Made by a program: the position numbers and the translations under genes
Source of the DNA: Okamejei kenojei
Taxonomy: Eukaryota
Direction of reading: 5' to 3'
NCBI GenBank assembly: GCA_035221665.1
Contig: JAVHYY010000494.1
Location: forward strand, 1-64,000
Length of the DNA: 64,000 nt
Shown: in pieces, positions 49,647-61,600 of the stretch
Layout: each line of letters begins with the position of its first letter
Position numbering within the stretch: position 1 is the first letter of the stretch
The notes under the pieces: generated by a model
The model's input: only the letters and a program-made list of their open reading frames with translations
What the model was told of the DNA's origin: nothing
Database searches by the model: none

Positions 49647-52600
49647 GTTTGGACGAGGGAATTAAATGCAACATCTCGAAGTTTGAGGATGACACGAAGC
49701 TGGGGGGCAGTGTTAGCTGTGAGGAGGATGCTAGGAGGCTGCAGGATGACTTGGATAGACGGGGTGAGTGGGCAAATGCATGGCAGATGCAGTATGATGT
49801 GGGTAAATGTGAGGTTAACCACTTTGGTGGCAAAAGCAGGAAGGTAGACTATTATTTGAATGGTGACCGATTAGGAAAAGGGGAGATGCAGGGAGACCTG
49901 GGTGTCATGGTACGCCAGTCATTGAAAGTAGGCATGCGGGTGCAGCAGGCTGTGAAGAAAGCGAATGGTATGTTGGCATTCATAGCAAAAGGATTTGAGT
50001 ACAAGAGCAGGGAGGTTCTACTGCAGTTGTACAGGGTCTTGGTGAGGCCACACCTGGAGTATTGCGTACAGTTTTGGTCTCCTAATCTGAGGAAAGACAT
50101 TCTTGCCATAGAAGGAGCACAGAGAAGGTTCACCTGACTGATTCCTGGGATGGCACGACTTCCACATGAAGAAAGACTGGATAGACTTGGCTTGTACTCG
50201 CTGGAATTTAGAAGATTGAGGGGTGATCTCATAGAGACTTACAAAATTCTTAAGGGGTTGGACAGGCTAGATGCAGGAAGATTGTTCCGGATGTTGGGGA
50301 AGTCCAGGACAACGGGTCACAGTTCAAGGATAAGGGGGAAGTCTTTTAGGACCGAGATGAGAAAATCGTTTTTCACACAGAGAGTGGTGAATCTGTGGAA
50401 TTCTCTGCCACAAAAGGTAGTTGAGGCCAGTTCGTTGGCCATATTTAAGAGGGAGTTGGGTGTGGCCCTTGTGGCTGAAGGGATCAGGGGGTATGGAGAG
50501 AAGGCAGGTACATGATACTGAGTTGGATGATCAGCCATGATCATATTGAATGGCGGTGCAGGCTCGAAGGGCCGAATGGCCTGCTCCTGCACCTAATTGC
50601 TATGTTTCTATGTAACTAAAGTCAGATAGATCTGCATAATAACCTCCTGACTCTTATATTCAATGCCCATACATGCAAAAATGAAAATAATATGGCTTCT
50701 TTATCACTTTACCTAGTAGTGTGTCCATCCTCGGCGAAGTATGGACGTGGAATGTCACATTCCTCTACACCTCAATGATGTTAAGAGCGTTGTCATTAAT
50801 ATATACACTCTCCTTACATTCAACCGCCCAATGTTCAACACTTCGCACTCACTCTGGATAAATTCAATTTGCCATTACTCTAGCCATTTCTTCAGCTCAT
50901 CCATAACGCTCCGGATTTACTGGCAGCATACCTCACTGTCTGCAACTCCTAAAATATTGCTGCTGTAAGAAACGTACACAACAACCCATCTACCTTTATG
51001 TCAACGTCTCACATCTACTTTAAAGTTTCCCCAATTACCTTTGATTTTTAGTGTTTATCAGGAGGGTAGACTATTATCTGAATGGTGGCCGATTAGGAAA
51101 AGTGGAGATGCAACGAGACCTGGGTGGCATTGTACACCAGTCATTGAAACTAAGCATGTAGTTGCAGCAGGATGTGAATAAAGCGAATGGTATGTTGGCA
51201 TTCATAGCAAAAGGTTTTGAGTACAAGAGCAGCGAGGTTCTACTACAGTTGTACAGGATCTTGGGGAGGCCACACCTGGAGTATGCGTACGGTTTTGGTC
51301 TCTTAATCTGAGGAAATACATTCTTGCCATAGAGGGAGTACAGAGAAGGTTCACCAGACTGATTCCTGGGATGGCAAGAATTCCATATGAAGAAAGAGTG
51401 GATAGACTCGGCTTGTACTAGCTGGAATTTAGAAGGTTGAAGGGGGATCTTATAGAGACTTACACAAAACGTATGGACAGGTTAGATGCAGGAAGATTGT
51501 TCCCGATGTTGGGGAAATCCAGAACAAGGGGTCACAGTTTAAGGATAAGGTGGAAGTCTTTTAGGGCCGAGATGAGAAAATCATTTTTTACACAGAGCGT
51601 GGTGAATCTGTGGAACTCTCTGCCACAGAAGGTAGTTGCGGCCAGTTCATTGGCTATATTTAAGAGGCAGTTAGATGTGGTCCTCGTGATCAAAGGATCA
51701 GGGGCTATGGAGAGAAGGCACGTACAGGATACTGAGTTGGATGATCAGCCATGAACACATTAAATGGCGGTGCAGGCTCGAAGGGCTGAATGGCCTGCTC
51801 CTGCACCTATTTTCTATGATTCTATGATTCTATGAAAGTATTGCTATAGGTGAAGTGTGCCAGATGTAGGAATAGACCGGGTAGATACACAGAGTCTTTT
51901 GCCCAGCGAATCGACTACCAGAGGACATAGGTTTAGGGAGAAGGGAAACCTATTCAATAGAAATCCGTGCGGAAACATTTTCACACAAAGGGTAGTGGGT
52001 ATGTGGAACAAGCTGTAACAGGAGGTAGTCGAGTCTGTGACTTTCCCATCGTTTAAGAAACAATTAGAAAATCTACTTCATGGATAATGAAGTCGATTTT
52101 CAAAGGCTACAGAGAAATTTGGGCCGTTTGGAAAAGTGGGCTGAAAGATGGCAGATGGAGTTTAATGCTGTTAAGTGTGAAGTGCTACATCTTGGCAGGA
52201 CAAATCAAAATAGGACGTACATGGTAAATGGTAGGGAATTGAGGAATGCTGTGGAACAGAGGGATCTAGGAATAACTGTGCATAGTTCCCTGAAGGTGGA
52301 ATCGCATGTAGATAGGGTGGTAAAGAAAGCCTTTCGTGTGCTGGCCTTTATAAATCAGAGCATTGAATATAGGAGCAGGGAAGTAATGTTAAAATTGTAC
52401 AAGGCATTGGTAAGACCAATTCTGGAGTATGGTGTACAATTTTGGTCGCCTAGTTATAGGAAGGATGTCAACAAAATAGAGAGTACAGAGAGATTTACTA
52501 GAATGTTGCCAGGGTTCCAGCAACTATGTTACAGAGAAAGGTTGAACAAGTTAGGTCTTTATTCTTTGGAGCGCAGAAGGTTAAGGGGGGACTTGATTGA

Positions 52601-52960
52601 GGTCTTTAAATGATGAAAGGGATAGACAGAGTTAACGTGGATACGTTTTTCCCATTGAGGGTAGGGAAGATTCAAACAAGAGGGCATGATATGAGAATTA
52701 AGGGACAGAAGTTTCGGGGTAACGTGAGGGGGGACTTCTTTACTCAGAGGGTGGTGGCCGTGTGGAATGAGCTTCCAGCAGAAGTGGTGGAGGCAGGATC
52801 GATGTTAACATTTAAGAGTAAAGTGGATAGGTATATGGACGTGAAGGGAATGGTCTGAGTGCAGGTGGATGGGACTAGGGGAAAACAAATGGTCGGCACG
52901 GACTGGAAGGGTCAGAGAGGGCCTGTTTCCGTGCTGTAATTGTTATATGGTTATATAGTT
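49647..52960 (+). mobile_element. Cluster of 5'-truncated CR1 3' ends (49647-50612, 51060-51830, 52075-52960)
   Basis: RT C-terminal ORFs (RPHLEYCVQFW, RRLRGDLIE) each ending in an octamer microsatellite tail; duplicated at ~224-3150. Confidence 0.85.
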
Positions 52961-53791
52961 ATATAGTTAGACAGGTACATGGATAGGAGGCATTTGAAGG
53001 GATATGGACCAAATGCAGGCAAGTGGGACTAGACGATAGAGAATAGAGAATGGCTGCAGGAGTGGGCCATTCGACCCTTCGAGCCAGCACCACGATTCAA
53101 TGTGATCATGGCTGATCATCCCCAATCAGTGGCACGTTCCCGCCTTCTCCCCATATCTCCTGACTCCACTATTTCTTAGAGCCCTATATAGCTCTCTCTT
53201 GTAAGCATCCAGCGAACCCGCCTCCACCGCCCGCTGAGGCAGATAATTCCACAGACTCGCCACTCTCTGTGAGAAAAAAGTGTTTCCTCTTTTCCGTTCT
53301 AAATGGCTTACTCCTTATTGTTAAAATGTGGCCCCTGGTTCTGGTCTCCCCCAACATCGTGAACATGTTTCATGCCTCTAGCGTGTCCAGGCCCTTGACA
53401 AACTTATCTCTTTCAATGAGTATCCTCTCATCCTTCTAAACTCCAGAGTGAAGAAGCCCAGCTGCTCCATTCTTTCAGCATATGACAGTCCCGCCAGCCC
53501 GGGAATTAACCTTGTACACCTACGCTGCACTCCCTCAATAGCAAGAATGTCCTTCCTCAAATTAGGGGATCAAAACTGCACACAATAGTCCAGGTGTGGT
53601 CTCACTAGGGCTCTGCACAACTGTAGAAGCACCTGTTGTTCCTATATTCGATTCCACTTGTTATGAAGGCCAGCTTGCCATTCGCTTTCTTCACTGTGTG
53701 CTGTACCTGCATGCTTACTTTCATAGACTGACGTACAAGGACCCCCCAGATCCCGTTGTACTTCCCCTTTTCCCAAAATGACGTCATTTGG

Positions 53792-53853
<62 letters not shown>

Positions 53854-56800
53854 TTTATTACGGACTCAAGGTCCAGACAAGGGGCAACATTACATTAAAA
53901 ATGCATTGCATGTCAAATATCATAAATATATATAAAATCATGGTAAATCACATAAAAACATCATAATTTATATATTTAAAAATAACCCCACAATACGTAA
54001 GTTAAAAATCCAGAGTAAAAAATGATCAATGTCGTACAACGAGACAACGATAGCCATATAACCATATAACCATATAACAATTACAGCACGGAAACAGGCC
54101 CTCTCGGCCCTTCCAGTCCGTGCCGACCATTTGTTTTCCCCTAGTCCCATCTATCTGCACTCAGACCATACCCCTCCATTCCCTTCACGTCCATATACCT
54201 ATCCACTTTACTTTTAAATGTTAAAATCGATCCTGCCTCCACCACTTCTGCTGGAAGCTCATTCCACACAGCCACCACCCTCTGAGTAAAGAAGTTCCCG
54301 CTTACGTTACCCCTAAACTTCTGTCCCTTACATAGAAACATAGAAACATAGAAATTAGGTGCAGGAGTAGGCCATTCAGCCCTTCGAGCCTGCACCGCCA
54401 TTCAACATGATCATGGCTGATCATCCAACTCAGTATCCCGTTCCTGCCTTCTCTCCATACCCTCTGATCCCCTTAGCCACAAGGGCCACATCCAACTCAC
54501 TCTTAAATATAATTCTCATGTCATGCCCTCTTGTTTGAATCTTCCCTACCCTCAATGGGAAAAGCTTATGCACGTAAACTCTGTCTATCCCTTTCATCAT
54601 GTTAAAGACCTCAATCAAGTCCCCCCTTAACCTTCTGCGCTCCAAAGAATAAAGACCTAACTTGTTCAACCTTTCTCTGTAACATAGTTCCTGGAACCCT
54701 GGCAACATTCTAGTAAATCTCCTCTGTACTCTCTCTATTTTGTTGACATCCTTTCTATAATTAGGCGACCAAAATTGTACACCATACTCCAGAATTGGTC
54801 TTACCAATGCCTTGTACAATTTTAACATTACTTCCCTACTCCTATATTCAATACTCTGATTTATAAAGGCCAACACACCAAAGGCTTTCTTTACCACCCT
54901 ATTTACATGCGATTCCACCTTCAGGGAACGATGCAGTTATTCCTAGATCCCTCTGATCCACAGCATTCCTCAATTCCCTACCATTTACCATGTACGTCCT
55001 ATTTTGATTTGGCCTGCCAAGATGTAGCACTTCACACTTAACAGCATTAAACTCCATCTGCCATATTTAAGCCCACTTTTCCAAATGGACCAAATTTCTC
55101 TGTAGACTTTGAAAGTCTACTTCATTATCCACAACACCACCTATCTTAGTATCATCTGCATACTTACTTATCCAATTTTCCATCCCATCATCCAGATCAT
55201 TGATGTACATGACAAACAACAGTGGACCCAACACAGATCCCTGAGGTACCCCACTGGTCACCGGCTTCCAACCTGACAAACAGCCATCCACCATTGCTAC
55301 TCCGCCATTAACACTCAAATATTGAACCTTCTTAACCAACCTTCCATGGGGAACCTTGTCAAAGGCCTTACTGAAATCCATATAGACATCATCCACTGCT
55401 TTACCCTCATCAATTTCCCTAGTTACCGCATCAGAAAATTCAAGAAGGTTTGTCAAACATGGCCTTCCAGGCACGTTGACTGTCCCTGATCAGACCCTGT
55501 TTATCCAGATGCTTATATATATTATCTCCAAGTATCCTTTCCATTAATTTGCCCACCACTGACGTCAAACTAATAGGTCTATAATTGCTAGGTTTATTCT
55601 TTGAACCCCTTTTAAACAATGGAACAACATGCGCAGTACGCCAATCCTCTGGCACTATTCCCGTTTCTAATGACATTTGAAATATTTCTGTCATAGCTCC
55701 TGCTATTTCTACACCAACTTCCCTCTATGTCCTAGGGAATATCCTGTCAGGACCGGGAGACTTATCCACCTTTATATTTTTCAAAAGTGTCAGTACTTCC
55801 TCCTCTTTGAATCTCATAGTTTCCATAGCTACTCTACTTTTTTCCCTTACTTCACAGAGTTCAATATCCTTCTCCTTGGTGAATACCGAAGAAAAGAAAT
55901 TGTTCAATATCTCCCCCATCTCTTTTGGCTCTGCAGATAGCTGTCCATTCTGTTTCTCTAATGGTCCAATTTTATCCCTCGTTATCCTTTTGCTATTAAT
56001 TTAGCTGTAGAAGCCCTTTGGATTTACTTTCACCTTTCTTGCCAAAGCAACCTCATATCTTCTTTTAGCCTTCCTAATTTCTTTCTTAAGATTCTTTTTA
56101 CATTCTTTATACTCCACTAGCAACTCATTTACTCCATGCCTCCTATAATTATTGTAGATATCTCTCTTTTTTCGAAACAAGTGTCCAATTTCCCTTGAAA
56201 ACAATGGCTCTTTCCAATTTTTACTATTTCCTTTCAACCTAACAGGGACATAAAGATTCTGTACTCTTACAATTTCCCCTTTAAATGTCCTCCATTTCTC
56301 TTCTACATCCTTCCCATGAAACAAAGTGTCCCAATTCACCCCTTTAAAATCCTTACACATTCCCTCAAAGTTAGCCTTTCTCCAATCAAAAATCTCCACC
56401 CTAGGTCCAGTTCTGACTCTCTCCATAATTATATTGAAACTAATGGTATTGTGATCACTGGTCCCGAAGTGCTCACCAACGCATACCTCCGTCACCTGAC
56501 CTGCCTCATTTTCTAACAGGAGGTCCAACACTACCCCTTCTCTGGTCGATACCTCTATGTACTGCTGCAAAAAAACTATCCTGCACACATTTTACAAACT
56601 CCAAACCATCCAGCCCATTTACAGAATGTGTTTCCCAGTCTATTTTTGGAAAATTGAAATCTCCCACAATCACTACCTTGTGCTTACTACTAATATCCGC
56701 TATCTCCTTACATATTTGCTCTTCCAATTCTCGCTCCCCATTTGGCGGTCTATAGTACACCCCTAAAAGTGTTGCTAGACCGTTCCCACTTCTCAGTTTC

Positions 56801-57222
56801 ACCCAAATAGCCTCCCTAGACGAGCCATCTAATCTATCCTGCCAAAGCACTGCTGTAATATCTTCTCTGACAAGCAATGCAACACCTCCCCCTCTGGTCC
56901 CTCCAATTCTATCACACCTGAAGCAACGAAATCCTGGAATATTTAGTTTCCAATCACAGCCCTCCTGCAGCCAATGTTGCACTGATTGCCACAACATCAT
57001 ATTTCCAGGTGTCAATCCAGGCTCTAAGTTCATCCACTTTACTTTCAATGCTCCTAGCATTAAAATATACACATTTTACAAACCCACCATCCCTTATTCT
57101 CTGTCTATTATCTTTTTCATCTTTCTCGCCTACATTTTGTGTCCGAGTGCTTCCCTTCTCTGCCTCTTGCCCCACACCCTGACCCCTAGCCCCCTCTACC
57201 CGAGTCCCTCCCCCCAGCCTTT

Positions 57223-58155
57223 CTAGTTTAAAGTCTCCCCAGTAGCCTTTGCAAATCTCCCTGCCAGGATATTGGTCCCCCTCGGGTTCAAGTGCAACCC
57301 GTCCTTTGAGTACAGATCATGCCTTCCCCAAAAGAGGTCCCAGTGATCAAGAAACTTGAATCCCTGCCCACTGCACCAGTCCCTCAGCCACGCATTTATC
57401 CACCACCTCATTTCATTCCTACTCTCACTGTCGCGCTGCACAGGCAGTAATCCTGAAATCGTTACCCTTTTGGTCCTTCTCCTTAACTTTCCCCCCAACT
57501 CCCTAAATTCTCCCTTCAGGACCTCGTCACTTTTTCTGCCTATGTCATTGGTACCTATGTGTACCACAACATCAGGCTCCTCTCCCTCCCTTATCAGAAT
57601 CTTTTGGACACGTTCTGACACATGCGAGACCCTGGCACCAGGGAGGCAAACTACCATCCGGGTCTCCCGACAGCGTCCACAGAATCGCCTATCCGACCCC
57701 CCAACTATAGAGTCCCCTATTACAATTGCCCTCCTCTTTTTGCTACCCTTCTGAGCATCAGGGCCGGTCTCTGAGCCGGAGGCCCGGCCGCTGTTGCTGC
57801 CCCCAGCTATGCTGTCCCCTCCAATCGTACTCAAACCCGAGTACCTATTTTCCAGGTGTACGGTCACAGGGGTACTCTCTAGCCCCTGTCTCTGCCCCTT
57901 ACCCTTCCTAACTGTGAGCCACTTGTCTGCCTCCTGTGGTCTGGGAGTGCCTACCTCCCTGTAGCTCCTCTCTATGACCTCCTCACTCTCCCTGACCAGA
58001 CGGAGGTCATCGAGCTGCTGCTCCAGGTTCCTAACACAGTCCTTTAGGAGCCCCATCTCGACACACCTGGCGCAGATGTGGACGTCTGGAGGGCTGTCAG
58101 ATTCCCTGACCTCCCACATCTGACATCCAGAACAGTACACTGCCCTGGCCTTCAT
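57223..58155 (-). CDS. CR1 ORF1p (Zn-finger/coiled-coil + SGNH esterase), 310 aa
   Basis: CxxC...CxxC N-terminus; VIGDS, LPGA, HIGTND and DGLHL esterase blocks. Confidence 0.88.
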   Translation of the reverse strand: MKARAVYCSGCQMWEVRESDSPPDVHICARCVEMGLLKDCVRNLEQQLDDLRLVRESEEVIERSYREVGTPRPQEADKWLTVRKGKGQRQGLESTPVTVHLENRYSGLSTIGGDSIAGGSNSGRASGSETGPDAQKGSKKRRAIVIGDSIVGGSDRRFCGRCRETRMVVCLPGARVSHVSERVQKILIREGEEPDVVVHIGTNDIGRKSDEVLKGEFRELGGKLRRRTKRVTISGLLPVQRDSESRNEMRWWINAWLRDWCSGQGFKFLDHWDLFWGRHDLYSKDGLHLNPRGTNILAGRFAKATGETLN

Positions 58156-58345
58156 ACTCCCCCCTTACACAGGATACAATATCAACACAATGTAAAATCA
58201 CTACAAACTGCTGAAATCTGACTGTAAATCAGCTGTTTCCCTGGTCCACTTCCCACCAATCAGCTGCTTACCCTAGTCCACTTCCCACCAATCAGCGGCT
58301 TCCTGAAAAAAAAACCCTTCTCCAAATGGGACGTTATGGATTTCG

Positions 58346-58612
58346 GCAAGCCCCGCGCTTGATTTTAAAGCTTACTGGTCGGGTGTCGATCCTCCCCCTC
58401 CTTCACTTCCAACGGCTCCTGTGGGCCTCTGAAGAAAACAAGCCCCGCGCTTGATTTTAAAGCTTACCGGTCGGGTGTCGCTCCTTCCCCTCCTTCACTT
58501 CTAACGGGTCCTGTGGGCCTCTGAAAAAACAAGCCCCGCGCTTGATTTTAAAGCTTACCGGTCGGGTGTCGCTCCTCCCCCTCCTTCACTCCCAACGGCT
58601 CCTGTGGGCTTC
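58346..58612. repeat. Three ~91-bp tandem repeats in the CR1 5' UTR (also ~8600-8865)
   Basis: Unit CAAGCCCCGCGCTTGATTTTAAAGCTTAC(C/T)GGTCGGGTGTCG...CCTGTGGGCCTCTGAA repeated three times. Confidence 0.9.
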
Positions 58613-61600
58613 AGTGGGATACCAGTGTCTCCACAACTGGGATTCGTAGCGTGAAGTGCTGACCCTTATGTTTGTCAAGGCCACAATAAGCACACTTTTA
58701 GAGTCATTTATCCTGCAAAAGGATTTATACATGTGGTGTCTTAGGATAGCTTCTAAAGTACTGACTCCTGCAGCCACAAACATAATACTGGCACTACACC
58801 ATCGTGGTTGCCTTAGCAATGTTCTCATGGCATCGTTATATGCAACCTTTAGTCTCTGCATACTTGTCTTTAAATAGTTCGACCACAGGTGCGCAGTGTA
58901 GAGGGGTGTGCACTATGCTCTAAATAGGGACATCTTCACCACATCTGCACACGCACCAAATTTAAGCAAGAGGATATTCGCCTGTATATACAGCATGCGT
59001 CGTTGCCTATAAATATCCTCATCATCTGTCATTTGTTCTGTAATAATATGCCCTAGATATTTTATCTTATTACAGACACTAAGATTGTTGTCAGACAATT
59101 TAAAATCGGGATATTTTAGGCTTTTATCCTCTTTGGTTCTACAGACCATAACAGCACTCTTACTAGCATTATATTTAATGTCATGTTCCAAACCATACAC
59201 GGAACATGCAGTAAGGAGCTGCTGGAGACCAGCGCGAGATGGACTAAAGACCACAAGATCATCTGCATTCATAATATGGTTCACTAAAATATTACCAATC
59301 ACGCACCCAGTGTTACAGGCTTTGAATTGTTTAGACAAATCATCAATATATAGATTAAAAAGGACTGGGGATAAAATTCCCCCTTGTCTAAGACCATTGC
59401 TAACCCCAAATGGGGCTGAGACCTTATTGCCCCATTTTATTTGCATAGTCTGGTGGGCCAGTATTCTCACAATGTATTTAGGCACCTTTCTTTGACGCAT
59501 TTTACCAAACAGCTTTCAGTGAGTAACACGGTCAAAGGCTTTGGGAGTATCAATAAAGCACATAAGGATTGAAGAGTTTTTGCCTCTATATTTGTTTACA
59601 ATCTCCTTTAGGGCATATATGCATAAGTCAGTGCCATGTTTAGCTTTAAAGCTAAACTGGTTATCTGTGGAGTTAACAAAGTCATGTATTCTATCCAGCA
59701 GAACTCTTTCTAAGACTTTTGACAATATTCTGGCTAAAGCTATGGGCCTGTAATTATTTTGACTGCCTACTTTACCCGCTTTGTCCTTAATAACCGGCAC
59801 TAACAGGACAGACAACATTGAGTATGGTAACATGCCACGAATCATAAAGCCAGTAAAACAAATAGCTAGGAGAGGAACTATCCTCATACTCGCACACTTA
59901 AGATGTTCAGCAGAGATATGATCCAAGCCACTTGCTTTGTTGTTGGACAGCTTGTTTATGGCATGATACACCTCATGTGACATAATCACAATCGAGTCAT
60001 TACTCTCAATATTGCCCACCCTATACAAGTCACCTTGGACACAGTTGAATAAAGTACTATAATGATATTAGCCGTTCCGGAGATTCCATCTACAGTACAT
60101 GGTAGAGATGTTTTGCAACTGCCAAGAGCTCTCACTTCCTTCCAAAAATATGTAGCATTGTTACTTAGCAGATTCTTAGCCATGGAATCAGCCCTCATAG
60201 CTTGTTCATTGTAATCTGCCTTACTGTTTTTGCTACCAAAGTGGATAACCTCACATTTATCCGCGTTAAACTTCATCTGCCATCATCTGCCCACTCCCCC
60301 AACCTGTCCAAGTCACCCTTCATTCTCATAGCATCCTCCTCACAGTTCACACTGCCACCCAGCGTTGTGTCATCTGCAAATTTGCTAATGTTACTTTGAA
60401 TCCCTTCATCCAAATCATTGATGTATATTGTAAATAACTGCGGTCGCAGCACCGAGCCTTGCGGTACCTCACTAGTCACTACCTGCCATTCTGAAAGGGA
60501 CCCGTTAATCCCTACTTTTTTTTCCTGACTGCCAACCACTTCTTGATCCATGTCACCCTCAATACCATGCGCCCTAATTTTGCCCACTATTCTCCTATGT
60601 AGGATCTTATCAAATGTTTTCTGAAAGTACAGGTACACTACATCCACTGACTCTCCCTTGTCCATTTTCCTAGTTACATCTTCAAAAAATCCCAGAAGAT
60701 TAGTCAAGCATGATTTCCCCTTCGTAAATCCATGCTGACTCGGACCGATCCTGTTACAATTATCCAAATGTTTGGCAAATTCATCTTTTACAATTGACTC
60801 CAGCATCCTCACCACCACCGATGTCAGTCTAACTGGGCTGTAATTCACTGTTTTCCCTCTCCCGCCTTTCTTAATACGTAGGATAACATTAGCTACCCTC
60901 CAATCTACATGAACTGATCCTGAGTCTAGAGAACATTGGAAAATTATCAATGCATCCACAATTTCTGGAGCCACTTACTTAAGTACCCTGGGATGCAGAC
61001 CATCAGGCTTGGGGATTTATAAGCCTTCAGTCCCATCGGTCTATCCAACACTATTTACTGCCTAATGTGGATTTCCTTCAGTTCCTCCGTCACCCTAGAT
61101 CCTCTGGCCACTACTATATCAGGAAGATTGTTTGTGTCCTCGTTAGTGAAGACAGATCCAAAGTACCTGTTCAACACATCTGTTATTTCCTTGTTCCACA
61201 TAATAAATTCGCCTTTTTCGGTCTTCAAGCGTCCAACTTTGGCCTTAAATATTTTTTTCCTCTTCACATACCTAAAGAAGCTTTTAATATCCTGCTTTAT
61301 ATTCTTGGCTTGCTTACCTTCGTACCTCATCGTTTCTTCTGGTATTGTATTTCTAGTTATCTTCTGTTGTTCCTTAAACTTTACCTAATCCTCTTGCTTC
61401 CCGCTCATCTTTGCGACGATGTACGCCTTCGCTTTAATTTTTATACTGTCACTGACTTCCCTTGTCAGCCATGGTCGTCCTTTTCTCCCCTTGGAATCTT
61501 TCTTCCTCCTACGAATGAACTAAGCCTGCACCTTCTGTATTATTCCTAGAAACACCTGCCATTTATGTTCCACTGTCATCCCTGCTAGTGTATCTTTCCA

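Larger units (their letters stand above)
54053..58617 (-). mobile_element. Full-length CR1 LINE (ORF1 intact, ORF2 frameshifted)
   Basis: 5' UTR tandem repeats, ORF1 57223-58155, ORF2 fragments with endonuclease (IVGDFNFP, SDHN) and RT (GVPQGSVLGP, YADDTK), and a (ttatatgg)n tail. GATA is present at both ends. Confidence 0.92.
53791..60210 (-). mobile_element. Non-CR1 non-LTR retrotransposon (RT; clade uncertain, RTEX/Daphne-like), 5'-truncated, split by the CR1
   Basis: NYRPIAL, GLRQGGILSPVLFNLYIDDL, NADDLVVF, YLGH. The C-terminus LWRHWY at ~58620 resumes as RCLVVRH* at ~54050, followed by AATAAA and an (ATT)n tail at 53792-53852. Confidence 0.8.
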
